DNA of 64,000 nucleotides from Penicillus capitatus. Its lineage: Eukaryota > Plantae > Chlorophyta. Under the pieces are notes generated by a model. The model had not been told where the DNA came from. It made no database searches and worked only from the letters and a program-made list of their open reading frames with translations. Shown here in pieces: positions 11,400 to 23,860 of the stretch (the first letter of the stretch is position 1; each line of letters opens with the position of its first letter). The position numbers and the translations under genes were made by a program. The stretch spans positions 1 to 64,000 of the forward strand of contig OZ287712.1 of NCBI GenBank assembly GCA_965649825.1, in the 5' to 3' direction.

Positions 11400-11557
11400 T
11401 GATGGACTGAAACGCCGGCAAGTCAGAGACTAGTCTGCAGAATCGAAGACATCGAACAATTAATCATTAATCCGCGTTCGCCCGCCGTTTCTCTGCCTCC
11501 GCCTCGCATCCGCATGCGCGCCGACGGCGTCCGCCGTTCCGCGCCGCGCGCACGACA
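11400..11557 (+). repeat. 5' LTR (158 bp)
   Basis: Direct repeat of 12736-12895; the first 130 bp are identical. Confidence 0.93.
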
Positions 11558-12735
11558 GTCTGGTTTCGGAGCGTCGTAGGCGTTCTTCTACTGCTGCTGG
11601 TGGAAAGCGAAGCCGTTCCGTGCAGACTAGCCACCGACCGCACGGACAAACATTACAAACACATCCGACTCTGTGTCGTCCGTGTCCGCGCCTCAGATGC
11701 CTCCAGTTGAGGTCCCTGGACCGGCACAAGTACGGATGGTATGTGACGATGCCTTTGTCTGCGGTGGTTGACTCCGCTGACCGCATCTCAGCTTCGCCGA
11801 GGGTTTCGTCGATGCGACTGCGTCGTCGCTCACAGCCTTCGTGAAGTTGCGGTGGTCAGTCTCACAGCGGCATGTGGTGCTGCGGCGTAAATCTGGAAAC
11901 ATGGGGTCGATTTCGGCGAAGTTCGGTCGCCAGTCAGTCGTGCAGTTGTTTCGGAACAATCGGCAGTGGATGTCGTTTTCGTCCGAGCAAACGTCGACCG
12001 AGACGCATCGACTGACGGATCAGATATGCCGACTGGGAGTACAGATAGCCGGAAGTCGAGGAAGGCAGCTACGGGAAACGTCAATTGCGCGGAGACGACG
12101 CCGACTGCAGTAGCATCGGCTCTGGAACACTCGTGTACTAAGCAGTAACACATTCAGTATGCCGATGACCTGCCAATAGGCGGGCCATCTGCAAGCGATC
12201 GTGACGCAAATCTGGATTCGTTTCGCAGAGCGAACTATCTGCCATGCTCGTGTACTGTCACTCAATCGAAGACCGCAACTTCTGGGATACGAAGACGCAG
12301 CGGACGCGCTACGTCTCGATCATCTGACAACAGAAGGTCGCATGGTGATCGAGAAAGCGCATTGCGTGCATTGGTGTACATCAGAATCTCAGCCATCTGA
12401 CGAGTGGCGATGGGTAACTGATGCTCAAGATGCGGAAGAGTTCGATCAATTCTGCCGGTCAGTGCATGGATTCAAGACAATACGACAGACGAGTCTCCTC
12501 TACGATTGATCTATGCAGATAATGCGCAGGTGTTTTGTGGATCTGCCGTATCGACATGGTGTGAAGAACAGGACGTGTCACACCTCACGTCTGGGGTTTA
12601 TAGTCCACAATCCAATGGCCTAATTGAACGCAGTATTCAGACGATCAGCGATCGGAGAAGAAGACAGCTGAAGGGTCTTGTTACTCAAGCAGAATTCGCA
12701 TCTACTCGACGACGGTGAAGTTGCGCAGGGAAGAG

Positions 12736-12895
12736 TGATGGACTGAAACGCCGGCAAGTCAGAGACTAGTCTGCAGAATCGAAGACATCGAACAATTAAT
12801 CATTAATCCGCGTTCGCCCGCCGTTTCTCTGCCTCCGCCTCGCATCCGCATGCGCGCCGACGGCGCCCGGCGCACCGCGCCGCGCGCGCACGACA
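12736..12895 (+). repeat. 3' LTR (160 bp)
   Basis: Direct repeat of 11400-11557, preceded by the PPT and followed by the TSD. Confidence 0.93.
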
Positions 12896-13084
12896 GAAGC
12901 AATGGAGACATCACCCATCAAATTCTCCCTTCTGCTGAGAGGCGTCGTGGGTTGGACATCGACGGGGGAGATCCACGGCAATGAAAGACGTGCTGACCGT
13001 TCGCTCTCCGCCGGGTAAGTGGTCGCAGTATGGCGATCAGCATTAAAGGGTCTCCAATCCCGCCGGGAAAAGTAACCGAAACTC

Positions 13085-14090
13085 TCAGAGCGTCACTCGT
13101 CCTGTCTCTGTGTCCCACAAATGAATGTTACAGTTGTAACCTGTGCTGAGAAATTTCCGGCCGCCATTACTGAAGAAAATATCGCGTACACCCTAGACAC
13201 ATCGTCCCCTCTTGTCATCCACAAGGCTCAGGATGCATTCTTGCAGTACTCTGGAGTGACCCAGATAGGTGTATACATTTGCCGGAATTGAAGACGTCCC
13301 AGATTTTGACACGGCCGTCCATGCCTGCAGAGAGGATCAGATGACCAGAAGACGGGAAGAACTAAATGGCATTGACGCCCTTTATGTGACCCGACCAGGA
13401 ATGCACCCATCTCTTTGGCAAATAACAGAACTCATTGTCCTTCTTCTTATCTTTGGTTGGATCCAGCCACTTGCCTTTCTCTTCTTCTTTGCCGTGAAAA
13501 TTGCTCTTGATGATAATCTCACCACTCTGTTTCAGCTTCTTCGCCGCCTTCGCTTCATTGATCTTCTCCAAACAGGCTCTCTGCTCTTTGATCAGCTCAT
13601 TCGTGGTCACTTCTTTCTTGGCCATGGCTGAGAGTGCGTAATCTGAAAAGGCTGTGTGGGATCGAATGAAGCCATACGAGCCTGTTTGGTCTCTTCTTTA
13701 GCCCGCTTTTCTTATGCTGTTTTCTCTTCCTCTGCGCACTGGAAGCATCCATCGTAAACACAGACTCCCCTACAAGACAATCATGTCATGCGCGTCTCTG
13801 TACATCCGTCAGGAATACACACCGAAATTCTTCTCCCATGCTTTCTTGTCACGGATGATGGTCTTTCTTGTCGGGTCCATTGCATAACCGAGACTAAATT
13901 TGTCACAGTCAGTCCAAGAGATGTGACAGCTGTGCACTCTTATGGGATCTGTGAAATGTCATGTACTGCTCATCAAATACATGTGGTCGAGATGAGTGTC
14001 CTCCACAGCTCCTTGCCTGTCCAATGATTCTGTAACCCAACCCTAATGGATCTCTGTTCATCTAGAGGATTGGGTCCTATGAATGACAGC
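13085..14090 (-). pseudogene. CDC40: Truncated CDC40/PRP17 (WD40 splicing factor) pseudogene
   Basis: Motifs [71 protein letters not shown] and [18 protein letters not shown]...WDTETG. In-frame TAG at 13362-13364. Homology stops after about 2 WD repeats. Confidence 0.85.
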
Positions 14091-14341
14091 ATTTATCTCA
14101 CACTTTCGAACAAAGTGTGAGAGAACATACCATAGACTGGGGCTATCAGGTCTTTGTACTTGGGATTCGTCTGCGGCTTCCTGGACGCCGGATCTTTGAC
14201 AGCAGCATCATCTTTTCGAGACTTGTGCGGCACAGCACAACGACATACCTTGAAACTCTCGCGTCAGACTTGTTTGTGCGATTTCCGTTTCCACAGGTGT
14301 GAGACCTGTGCAAGGAGTTAGTGGGGTAAGGGACCACCTGA

Positions 14342-15407
14342 ATAAGAAATGAAAGCGAGAAACACATCAACGGCGCCCGGTTCCGGTCCCGGTTCCGGTC
14401 CCGGTCTAAGAATGGGACAAAATGTGCGTTACCGCGGTCACGATCACCGTCGTACAAAAAAGGGTCTGTCTTCATGCAACGGACTCTCGCGTGGCATCCT
14501 GCAACACTCTACACGGCGTTTCGACGAAACCAGACATGGAGAATTGAAGCAAAGCCTGGATCGAGGCTGCGGCCTCGGGATCGCCGGGAACGAGACACAG
14601 TGTTCTCGCCTCCGTTTCCAGAAATGGTCAAGCCCGGAGAGCGCCCCGAGGATATCGTCGGGATTAAACAGCTTGTCAACGATGCAGACCTCGTGATCGA
14701 ACCAGAAAAGGAACGGATTCTTCTAGACGGTCCACTTCCAGGCAGCTTCCGCCTCTTCTCCTTCCACGAATCCGTTGATGTCTATGTCGCCCAGAACGAC
14801 GCAGGACAGTCGAATACGGCCCAGACATATCTCTACGATCGAGATGCTCAAGCAGAATCAAATGCAGCGGCATCCTTCACGGACGAGATTCCTGAAGATG
14901 ATCCATCAAAAGCAGTCGTCGAGAAACTGCAATCTGACGTCCAGTTTTTGCGTCATCTAGTAAGTCTAGATTCTCCTCTATGCTTTTCTCACTGAATGCT
15001 GCAGGTTTTGGATTTAACATCCAGTCTCGAACAAAGCGAACGTACACACGAACTGAGAGATCAAGCGGATCAAGTGATCAAAGATGAACTGTGCTCTTAT
15101 GAGCGATCCAAGAAAAGAGAGGGACTGCAAGGAGTCAAAGCTAAGACTGATTACATCGCGCGCCCAGTCAGCTTTATAGCCCTAGCGTCCGCGGACCGCT
15201 GTCATGTCAAGCAGCGGACAGCCTGTCCGGTCCGCGGGGCCGCAACCGTTATCACGTACCCGTCACATACTCGAAGGGTTGTTCAAGAAAATGGGCTTGA
15301 TTAAGAATATTGATGACGAAATAAAGAGGGACACGAAGATTATAGAAGCGAGAATCTTAAAAACTGTGCACACAATAGAGGAGTACTTCGGCAACATTGG
15401 ACTGTAA
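14342..15407 (+). CDS. Hypothetical multi-exon protein (coiled-coil C-terminus); structure uncertain
   Basis: Successive plus-strand ORFs 14474-14995, 14996-15304 and 15204-15407 with acidic/helical composition and candidate short introns. No family recognised. Confidence 0.35.
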
Positions 15408-16016
15408 GCCTGGAGGGCGTCTGTGAGCGACAGACGCTCGCGACAGAGACGGATGGGACATAATGATAGAAGATAAATTGTCGCGAAAAACGACAGAGCG
15501 TCCGTTTAAAAAAGTTTCGCTAGGGTTTTGTGTTTCGCCGCGATTTTTGCGTTCGCGGTGCAAATAGCACAGCGTCTTGCTGAAAAAATGTAACCACGCC
15601 GCGATCTTCTCGTCGGTATCGTTCGCGTCGGTAGGGATCGACCACCCTATAAGATACTGTCCCTTGTCGACGACATTGCATAGACGTTGCAGATCTAGTT
15701 CTAGTCTTTCACGAACTTGAAAAGTTCTACACCAATCGGCTCTCTTATGAGAATTCCTTGAACATCCATCCCAAACTAAAACACTGCGATCATGTTTACA
15801 AGCAAGTAAAGTACAATATCTCCCCGTGCATCCAGGTAACAACACCCTTCTCTAGAATGTTGGATGTTATTGGCAGTCGGGAAGGTTATCTGTCGTGTTT
15901 GGTATTTGAGCTCGGCCAAGACACTGAGAACCACATCCTGATCTTCGAGATGTTAGCAGACCCACAAAACTAACGTGTGCTTTGAGATGTGCAGTTCTGG
16001 CAGAGAGATTTGAGAA

Positions 16017-17330
16017 CTAGATTTCGATCTTGCTGGATTTCTTCCACCGAATGCAATGCATCTCTCGTGTCGTATTTTGATCTAGTACCAATGATGGTGC
16101 CGGTGTTCTAATCGACTGCAGAGTAGGTTGGCGGTTGAGATCCGTAGTCATCTGTGTCAAAGAGGACGTAACAAAGTCGATAAAGCCAGCACATGGTGTG
16201 AGACAACGACCATCTGCCAGATGAAGAAGGTAGCTTAGTCTTGCCATGTGCAGCTTAATGGAGAAAGTAATGCTCTCACCGTCACAATGCACTGCACTGG
16301 TTGATCCAAAGAACTTGGGATGGACCTAGCACTTTTCTGTCTTCCATATGACCGAAGCCGAAGGCATCACTCTTCCGGGATCACTTCGCAGAAGGGCACG
16401 GGCATTGATGCCTTGGAATGCAAAAGTGGAGACGTCACAGATTCGATGCTGCTGTTGAGAACAGCGTCCCTGTCCCATTCGAGATATGTTCCATTGAATC
16501 CGTGTGCTTCTAAAGTCCTCCAGATGTGGATTCGGCGTTCTCAAATGTGAGATCCTTGGCACTGTGTGTGAAGAGAGGAAGTATAAGGCAGCCATACATC
16601 TCACAACAACAGCTGCAGGTTCTGCATGTCCCAGACGGGATTTGCTACTGATCAGTGTGACGCCTTCTGAAGTGCGCATGGCGTCAGAGAAGACGCCGGA
16701 AATGGCTCCAAGTTCAATAGGGTCGCTAAACCCGGTTCCAGTTCGATGAACAGACACGCCTGTCACTTCATCAGCCGTGAGATTGGCAGTCTGGAGTGCC
16801 TCTCTGGCTACGGACTGTTGAGAAGGCCCATTGGGTGCCGTCAAGAAACTCGATCTGCCATCTTGATTAAAGTGATGCTTCTTAGATAGCCCAGTATTGT
16901 TTATCTGCTTCATAGGAATCCAGTGCCGGAAGGAACGACGCACAAGCTTCTGCACGAACATACCCATCTGCAGCTGCATCCAGTATCTTGCAACGGCCTT
17001 CGCTCGACAGCATTTCCGTTTTGTAAAATGCGACAGGCGTGTGAGGACTCAATAGAAGATTGATGCCTGCATTGATAGCTGCTGGGTATCTCTGTGTCGT
17101 TAATAACCTCATGGCCATGTGCAGAGAGACTAAGAAGAAGAGCATGCGACATCTGCGGTAAAGGCCGGGCCCCTTAATCCATATGTATAAGACAATCGCC
17201 CTGATGTCACACTTATGGCCCCTCTGGTGGCACCACAGTCCGAGATCTGCCTTCCGTTGTATTTGAGTTGAAGTTTATCATAGTCCATTGAAGAACAACG
17301 ACAACATTTATCACGTTTTAACTGTGATAT
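16017..17330 (-). pseudogene. Type I polyketide synthase fragment (KS followed by a DH-like segment, no AT); frameshifted
   Basis: GRLSYTYGLRGP..DVACSSS, GRCK.LDAAADGYVRAEAC, NQDGRSSFLTAPNGPSQQ, HRTGT..DPIE, SKSRLGHAEPAA and FAFQG.NA; DH-like HLADGRCLTP. 1-nt deletion at ~17130 and further frameshifts. Confidence 0.9.
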
Positions 17331-17765
17331 GCACGTTGCCATGCCGCATCGGCGTTGCGTCAGATGTGGTAAAGAACGAATCCTGCTGTCAGCTAAGAAG
17401 CGATCGAGATCATTGTTGCTTAGATCTCTCAAGCCTATTTTTCGCATTAGTCGTATCACAGATGGCGTTAAGATCTTCTCCGTGCGAATACTCCGAGAGT
17501 TGTAATGTCAGCGACGTGCCGTGTAGTGAATGAACATAACCCCCAAACATGCTCTTTAAACTGCTGTTTTGTTTTGCTAGAGTAAATCAGCTAACGCCAT
17601 GGGTGGCATTGCAGTTAAGTAGACCATGTGCATGAGACACACGCAGACAAACAACAGGCACAAATGAGTGTACGATTTCATCTGGACTTTGGACAAGTTC
17701 CCCCCGAGTTGGCTCAGCAAAGACAGAAGCTGGCAAGAATCGAACCAGATCAACAAGAAGAACCA

Positions 17766-18310
17766 TCAGGCAGAGACATTGATTTGCTTAGTACCAGAAG
17801 ATTTAAAATCAGGATTGCATTCGTAATACCCATTATTTGGTTTCAAAACGCTGACAAACCAGTACCTTTGAAGACTGACCCCATCCCATCTAAACTGAAG
17901 AATCCCGAAGTGTCCTCTCGACGTCGTCTTGATGTAGCCTCCCGTCAAGAATTGAGTCGTCGGAGAATAGTAAAAGTCGAAAGTGTTATTGAGGCTTTTC
18001 ATCACTCCTGCAAGAAATCTCGGTCACGATTTCTCAGAATAGAGGATCTACCTGAGTATCTCAAGCTAACAGAGTCATCCAGAGTGAGCTCCAGACGTGC
18101 CTCGTCGTGTTTTCCGCTTGGCACGTCCTCGGCATTATACCAATACGTACAAATGTAAGTTCCTTCGGGAACCCTGTCGACTGGGAACGGCTTCGCCTCG
18201 GCCGTTCCACAGAAAACACTGGTGAAGCAGAGGACAGCAACTGAAATAAAACAATACACCGAGCATTGGATCTAGAAAAGTCGCAAACCTGCCAGACTTG
18301 TCGCTTTCAT
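17766..18310 (-). pseudogene. Small secreted orphan protein gene with a premature TAG at codon 13 (or an unrecognised start)
   Basis: TATATAAA at 18401-18394 and ATG at 18310. Reads MKATSLAGLRLF*IQCSVYCFISVAVLCFTSVFCGTAEA|KPFP (signal-like). A 44-nt GT-AG intron joins LRYSG to VMKSLNN in frame. Confidence 0.45.
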
Positions 18311-21024
18311 GTTGGACACCACGCAGAAGAACTTGATTTCGTTAACCGGGTAGGATGAGAACAGAACTTGCAAAAAACATTGTGCAACAGCGCTTTATAT
18401 ATTTCATCTGCATGGAAGCAAATCAGGTAACGTTTACAACGCCGAGTTTAGTTTACTACTTTGGGCGCCTATGTCAGCGCAGCGAGAGGCAAAGAGCTTC
18501 CTTCGGCAGTACCAAGAAACAGACATGATCCGCGTGATCGTGTCGGTCACCGTAATGGTGTGACGGCATTTGTGATCCTTAAAAAACAGCACGGGAGAGC
18601 AAAACATGGGCCGAAATTATCGACGGTTTGCAGCACAGCACGCGAAGGTTTTTGAAACCCCAACACCTCTCGCCGAGGATTACCTTGAAATCCGTCTGTC
18701 GAGATGAAGAATGACGTTATAGTCACATAAAATGGTTTTTCGTCGACTACAGCGGTCGGCTGTAGTTTGCGTGGCCTTCTTTATCGTTTTTTTGTGTCTG
18801 TTTGTGATAAGAGCAGGTTTGGCAGTATTTCTTACTTCTTTCTAGTCACCAGTTTCCTAGCGATGAACAAGACGGACCGCTTCCGTCGGAACATCTTTTA
18901 GTCGAAGAACCTTTTCTTCGACTAAACCACTTTTCATCAAGTACCGCGTCGTGCTGTCAAAGACCTATCAGATCTTGTTTTCCCGACACAATGAGGTGGC
19001 AACCACTACATCAGTCTGTGGTTCAGTTCAAGTGCTTCTGACTGATTAGGCGTCCGATACTGAATGATGGGTCGGTCATCTGTAACCATGGCCATACGCA
19101 GTGTAGTTACCCCATCGTCGTCGATCGTGTCGAATTCGTATCGTTCTGCCTTCATCTGCTGACTTGGTACATCCAAAAGTGCTAGTTCACTTTAATTGCA
19201 GACGATGTTAGTTCATAAAGCCAATTCAATTTGAGCAGGGCATTCACAAGTGATGACTCCACGCTATTGCAATTCTCGTCCTTCTACCCGGTAACGAACA
19301 CAAACACCAAGACAGATCGCGGTCGTTGAAAGTGCATTGCCGGATCGATCATGTCTCTTAAATCATCATCCCCGAGGGTGAGTGATCTGACGCAGCGCAA
19401 CCAATTTCGCTACTCCACCTCATCTCTTCACTGTGCCGAGTATATTCTGTTTCATCGGAATGATTTACCGCCAGGTGTCGATCAGCTTCTCCCTTCCCAT
19501 CATCTAGTTCGGTGTGTATAGTTCTACAGATGAATCGTATGTTGAGGTCTCTGTTGTAACATTCGAACTCACTCTTCGATCGAAGAAACATTTCGGCTCT
19601 TCGGGATTTCGGTACGTGCCATGACACAATCGTCAGGCTTCAGTCCACCGTATGCATTTCCGTAGAGGTCCCTCAAATCAGAATGCACGCAAGCGCGACC
19701 ACCGTTGAGTCGTTGTGGATACAGAAGACGTAAGTTCAGAGTCGCCGGTAAAGCAATGGATAATTTCTTCTATTCTGTTCGGTGCAACTTGGATTCATTC
19801 ATTGCATTGACGATTGGCACCTTCTGTGCGCCATTCGAATGCATCAGCTTCACAAAAGAAAATTTGTTAAATTCGTCATATTCGTAATCGAACATTCTAT
19901 TCTGGTGTCGCGTGCTGCTTCGTCGACTTTCTCGTCTGGTAATGCTTTTTTGAATAGATTTGCAACCGACTATATGAGAAGACACTACATGCTCAGACTG
20001 CAGCCGGAACGGGATCTTGCGAGACGTATTCAAATGAGAACGAAGACGTCGACAACAGTGAGATATAACACCTGAGACTGGTGGAAGGATATAGATCCCG
20101 AAATGCAAAGAGAGCAATCCCGCGGTGATTCAGTGATGGGATTGTCGTCGTTCCGTTTTTTGCATTTGAAGTTGCCACCACTGCGGAAATCTTCCTTTGA
20201 AACCACTGCGTCTCCCAAAGAAAAATGTTGACGCTTTCACGTTACAGAGATTCACTCATCGCAATCTTCTGTTCGAGTCTCTTTTCCGGCACATTAGCGT
20301 GGTCAAAAGCATAACACCTTGAGGATGTATCATTTTTCCAGCGAATCTAAATCCTCTTAGAGATCCCGTACCAATGAAAACATCATCCGATGCTCAAAAG
20401 CGATAGAAAGAACGACTTGTCTTCAGATAAGTTTAAGAATACCTGTTTCTTTCTCGACGCCGGGAACAAATTAAAGTACGAGGAAAGACGCAAAAAGGCA
20501 AAGTTTTCTCGAGATTTCAGATTCGGTAGTTGTTAAAAGCGTCGCGCCTGTCACCGGGATACACGTTTGTTTTGGCTCATGTCGCTCGGTTACGCACCCT
20601 CCCTTTACTTATGGACTCTTTCGCCTAAGAGCGCGTCGTCCTCCGAAGCTGATGCCACTTCCTTATTATCTAGTCAGTAAGCACCTTCCGCCCGCTTTAG
20701 TCTCTCGTCGATTTCGCCGTCACGTCAAATGCTGCTTAATCGCGTCTCCGACTAAGCCTGACTGCAAGCCAGCCTTCTCTTTTGCTTTTTCCAAAACAAA
20801 TCTACTATGCAAGGGTAGTTAGCCACAGTCAGCACTTGCTTTCATTTATGCGTACCATATGCAAGTTATCCAACAAACCGCAGACACGTGCAGCTGCCAT
20901 GCAGGTAACAATCTCAGTTGCCGTGCAGCTGCGTGTTCGGCGGCAAAGATATAAACAGCGAATGTTGGTAGGTTAGAAACAACTACAACGCGCTTTCTCT
21001 GTCATCATCCCCAAACGTTGCAAT

Positions 21025-21628
21025 ATGAAACAAGTTGTTGTCCTTGTTCTGGTTTTGTTCGTTGCTGGAACGGAGTTTCCTATTTGCGGTACGTCGACAC
21101 AGCCTACGCTGCTGCGTCGCCTTTATGATAAGCGCGGAGAGTCCGCGGAGTGTCGTTGACAACTTCGCCTATTCGATGAAGAGGGGCCTTAGATGAAAAT
21201 CCTCAAGGAGAACGGCCATCTTTTATTTGATCACTACAACGGACGTGCTGGGTTTCTTCTCTTTCTAACCGGCGTTGTTCCCTTCAGGCGCGCAGTCTGA
21301 TATCGAATGCACTCCAAATCCCTGTGCTTCCGCCGGGTGCCCTGGCAACCCACAAGCCATCTGCTATCTCAGTCTTCGTGGGGATACGATTTTCATCCGC
21401 GACGGAAGAATCGTCCTCGACTGCAGTACATCAGCATTCGTTATACGAGAGAGAGGCTCGACTGTGTTCCCTTTAGGTGTTATGAGTGCATCGATTCAGC
21501 CGGCAGCTGCTGATGTTGTTCCTATAGTTAGCAATCCTCCGCAGGTAACGCCCATTCCTGGAGTTCCCCCTCCTCCTGTCGATCCTGACGACAACGTTGC
21601 TGTCAATTCTCCTGGAAGCGGGCGTTAG
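21025..21628 (+). pseudogene. Secreted Cys-rich/Pro-rich protein gene, probably degenerate
   Basis: Signal-like MKQVVVLVLVLFVAG. The 3' exon encodes ECTPNPCASAGCPGNPQAICYLSLRGD... with a Pro-rich tail. The middle has in-frame stops and no clean splice path. Confidence 0.4.
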
Positions 21629-23451
21629 AAACAAGGTGCATGAAGATGAGTACAATTCGAATCACGACGGTTTACGCTTTACAATACCCCATAACGGTTA
21701 CTCTTTAGGACTCACTCGAAAGCGGATTGGGACTGCCAGAAGAATGCCCATCTCCGAAAAGATGTGACTTGCGTTGACAGTTTTGGACACGTATTAAATA
21801 AAGTTTCAGATCGAACGAACGCGAACCTTTCCTGTCCCGATCTAAGCGACATATCCATTTCTCTTTTCTGCACCATACGGACATCTCTTGGTCGGTTCAG
21901 CATCGAAACGCTAGGATATGCGGTTGTGAGATTCGGTACTTCTTAAGACAGATACGTGGCCCTTCTGACGACCATTCGGTGTCGAGAGAAGTCACGTCGA
22001 TAGCAGCAGAACACTCGCCTCACGCGAAAACTGCATTTCGGAGTTCAGTTCGAGCAACCAAACTGCTTAAATGAGGTAGGTTATTAAAAAAGAGTCGCCC
22101 TCTGCAGACTTAATCAAGACAGGATCTCAAAAGATCTCTATAGAGTCGAAGTCGTCTTCTTGGGATCATACTTCGAATCTCCCAAAGCGGCATAGCAGTC
22201 CCTTCACGCACAACAGACAGAATCTTCAAAGTTTCAGCGAACAGTTACATTCCTTGTTTGTACTTCTTATTCACAAACAGCATCCGAACATGACCGAACT
22301 TCCGAGATAGTACTGACACCAAATGCTGCAGTCACAAGACAAAAGAGACTGCCAGCAGAAGAGGATGATGAATCTTCCGCCTACTCTTGACTGAGGATAG
22401 CGGAATGGTCTCCATCGAACAGAAAGAATTCTGCCAACTGACGAGTCCACCTCTGTTGTCCGACAGGCGGAGTAGTTCTGTTTCAATCGGGACTTCATTT
22501 CCATACTCCATTTCTGCAAAATACAGAAGACAGGGGTGTGATTCACAGTGTTCCAGATGTCCATCTATCCAGTCGCCAATGATCTGTTGTCCGATCTGTA
22601 TTTCATTATTGGTGTCGCCGGCGAGTGGTCCACTAATCAAACGAGTAATGCTTCTTCGGGTAGGCAGGCCCTCTTCAACTGAACGTTACTTTCGCTAGTC
22701 AAACAGCGCTACAGAAACACCAGATGTGTTGCTGGCCAAAGGGATCTTCCTCTTCACAAGTCGTCTGCAGTACACTGCATTGTGTGACTAAGTCGCACAT
22801 TTCTCATTTAGCGACGAAGGATCGGATTGGTGTGCAGCATAGCAGTTTGGTAAATGTGCACCACTCTAGAGGGAGTGGAGGCAGCAGAGAAGTGAACGTG
22901 CGAACAAACGTTCAAGACCACTGACACGGTGACTTGTGATACAGTAGTCGCCGGATTCGCTTTTGCTCGATAGCCAATCCAACGCGCCCTAGATCAATTC
23001 TCCATAATCCCTTGTAAACAAGGTAAATAAAACAAAAGCTGACAGTCTTCAATGAAGTCTGCCGCACTGAATAGCGAGCTCGAAGGACGAGAAAACCTAG
23101 GTAACCGTCATCTAGAATCGGTATCTTGGCATCGTAGCTCTGTTTTCTTCAGACGACGAAAGGATTTTCGATCGCTTTTGCAAGTTCTCGGACTTGCGTT
23201 GTCGACAACACCGCTGCGCTCAATCTTTTCGGCTTTACGAGGTTCGCCGCCTTCTCTTTACGTCGTCTTTGATGCGCATGTGTGCAATTATGACAGTCAT
23301 TATGTAAACGCACGTTCGCGTAGCCTCTTGCGTCGGCACGGATACCGCGAGAGCTTGAGAGACGTAAACACCAAAACAGACAATAAATGCCGAGTTGAAC
23401 GTTGACAGACTTGGGTAGGTTCAATAGACTGACAAAAATGAGACAGCAAAA

Positions 23452-23860
23452 CTAGATGGTAAGAACGTTGGATCGGCGGAAGCAGTTTCCACCGAGGTAA
23501 TTGCCGTCGGGGATGGATTCATAGTATATTTCCCACTTGACGCAAGCATTATCGCTCTTCCTGAAAGTCCAGGCGTTGCACCTGTTATCTGCAGGAAGAG
23601 AAACGAATGGATGTAAAATGGACACTGTGGCGTTTTCCTTACTGCACTCGCAGGAGTATTTGCAATCGAAAAAGTTCGGCGTGGTGATGCTTTCTATCCA
23701 GTTGCCCCCAGTGACGCGCACGCCATCGACCTCCGGACAGCTCCTCGCCACGGTCTCCTAAACCAGATCGCGATCGGTGAAGCGACACCAGACAAGCAAC
23801 TCGAACGTGGACGGCGACGAAGAGGCAGAACAAGACGAAGAAGTGTTTGCAGGAAGACAT
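23452..23860 (-). CDS. Small secreted PAN/Apple-domain protein (~103 aa, 3 exons)
   Basis: Signal peptide MSSCKHFFVLFCLFVAVHVR. Introns of 43 and 54 nt give ...CPEVDGVRVTGGN...DCKYSCECNNRCNAWTF....ACV, a PAN-type Cys pattern. Confidence 0.65.

Larger units (their letters stand above)
11400..12895 (+). mobile_element. Non-autonomous, internally deleted Ty3/gypsy-type LTR retrotransposon (1496 bp)
   Basis: TG...CA LTRs at 11400-11557 and 12736-12895. TSD GAAGC at 11395-11399 and 12896-12900. PBS-like TGGTTTCGGAGC 3 nt after the 5' LTR. PPT AGGGAAGAG before the 3' LTR. RT remnant YADDL at 12158 precedes integrase remnant YADNAQVF...SPQSNGLIERSIQTI at 12506-12718. Confidence 0.93.
10923..12918 (-). 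pseudogene. LisH-motif-like gene interrupted near its start by the LTR element
   Basis: Removing the element and one TSD copy gives MGDVSIASLETDVVQWLLLKTGFSQTRTLFYADDMDE..., in frame with ORF 10923-11366. The L..V..WL...GF..T...F..D pattern resembles LisH. Downstream exons are unresolved. Confidence 0.55.

Noticed and set aside
9707-18274. TAG/TAA reassigned to Gln (as in some ulvophytes)
   Set aside because: RPS9, RECG and rps3 end with TAG and RPL37A ends with TAA at the expected C-termini; internal stops occur only in decaying genes.
18897-18926. 13-bp perfect hairpin TTTAGTCGAAGAA/TTCTTCGACTAAA as a terminator or TE end
   Set aside because: Isolated, with no partner end or TSD, and bacterial-type terminators are not relevant here.
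19000-20700. Transposase or viral gene in the stop-riddled minus-strand fragments (also 22.2-22.7 and 24-26.5 kb)
   Set aside because: No DDE, YR, RT, capsid or other motif recognised; probably decayed host-gene fragments.
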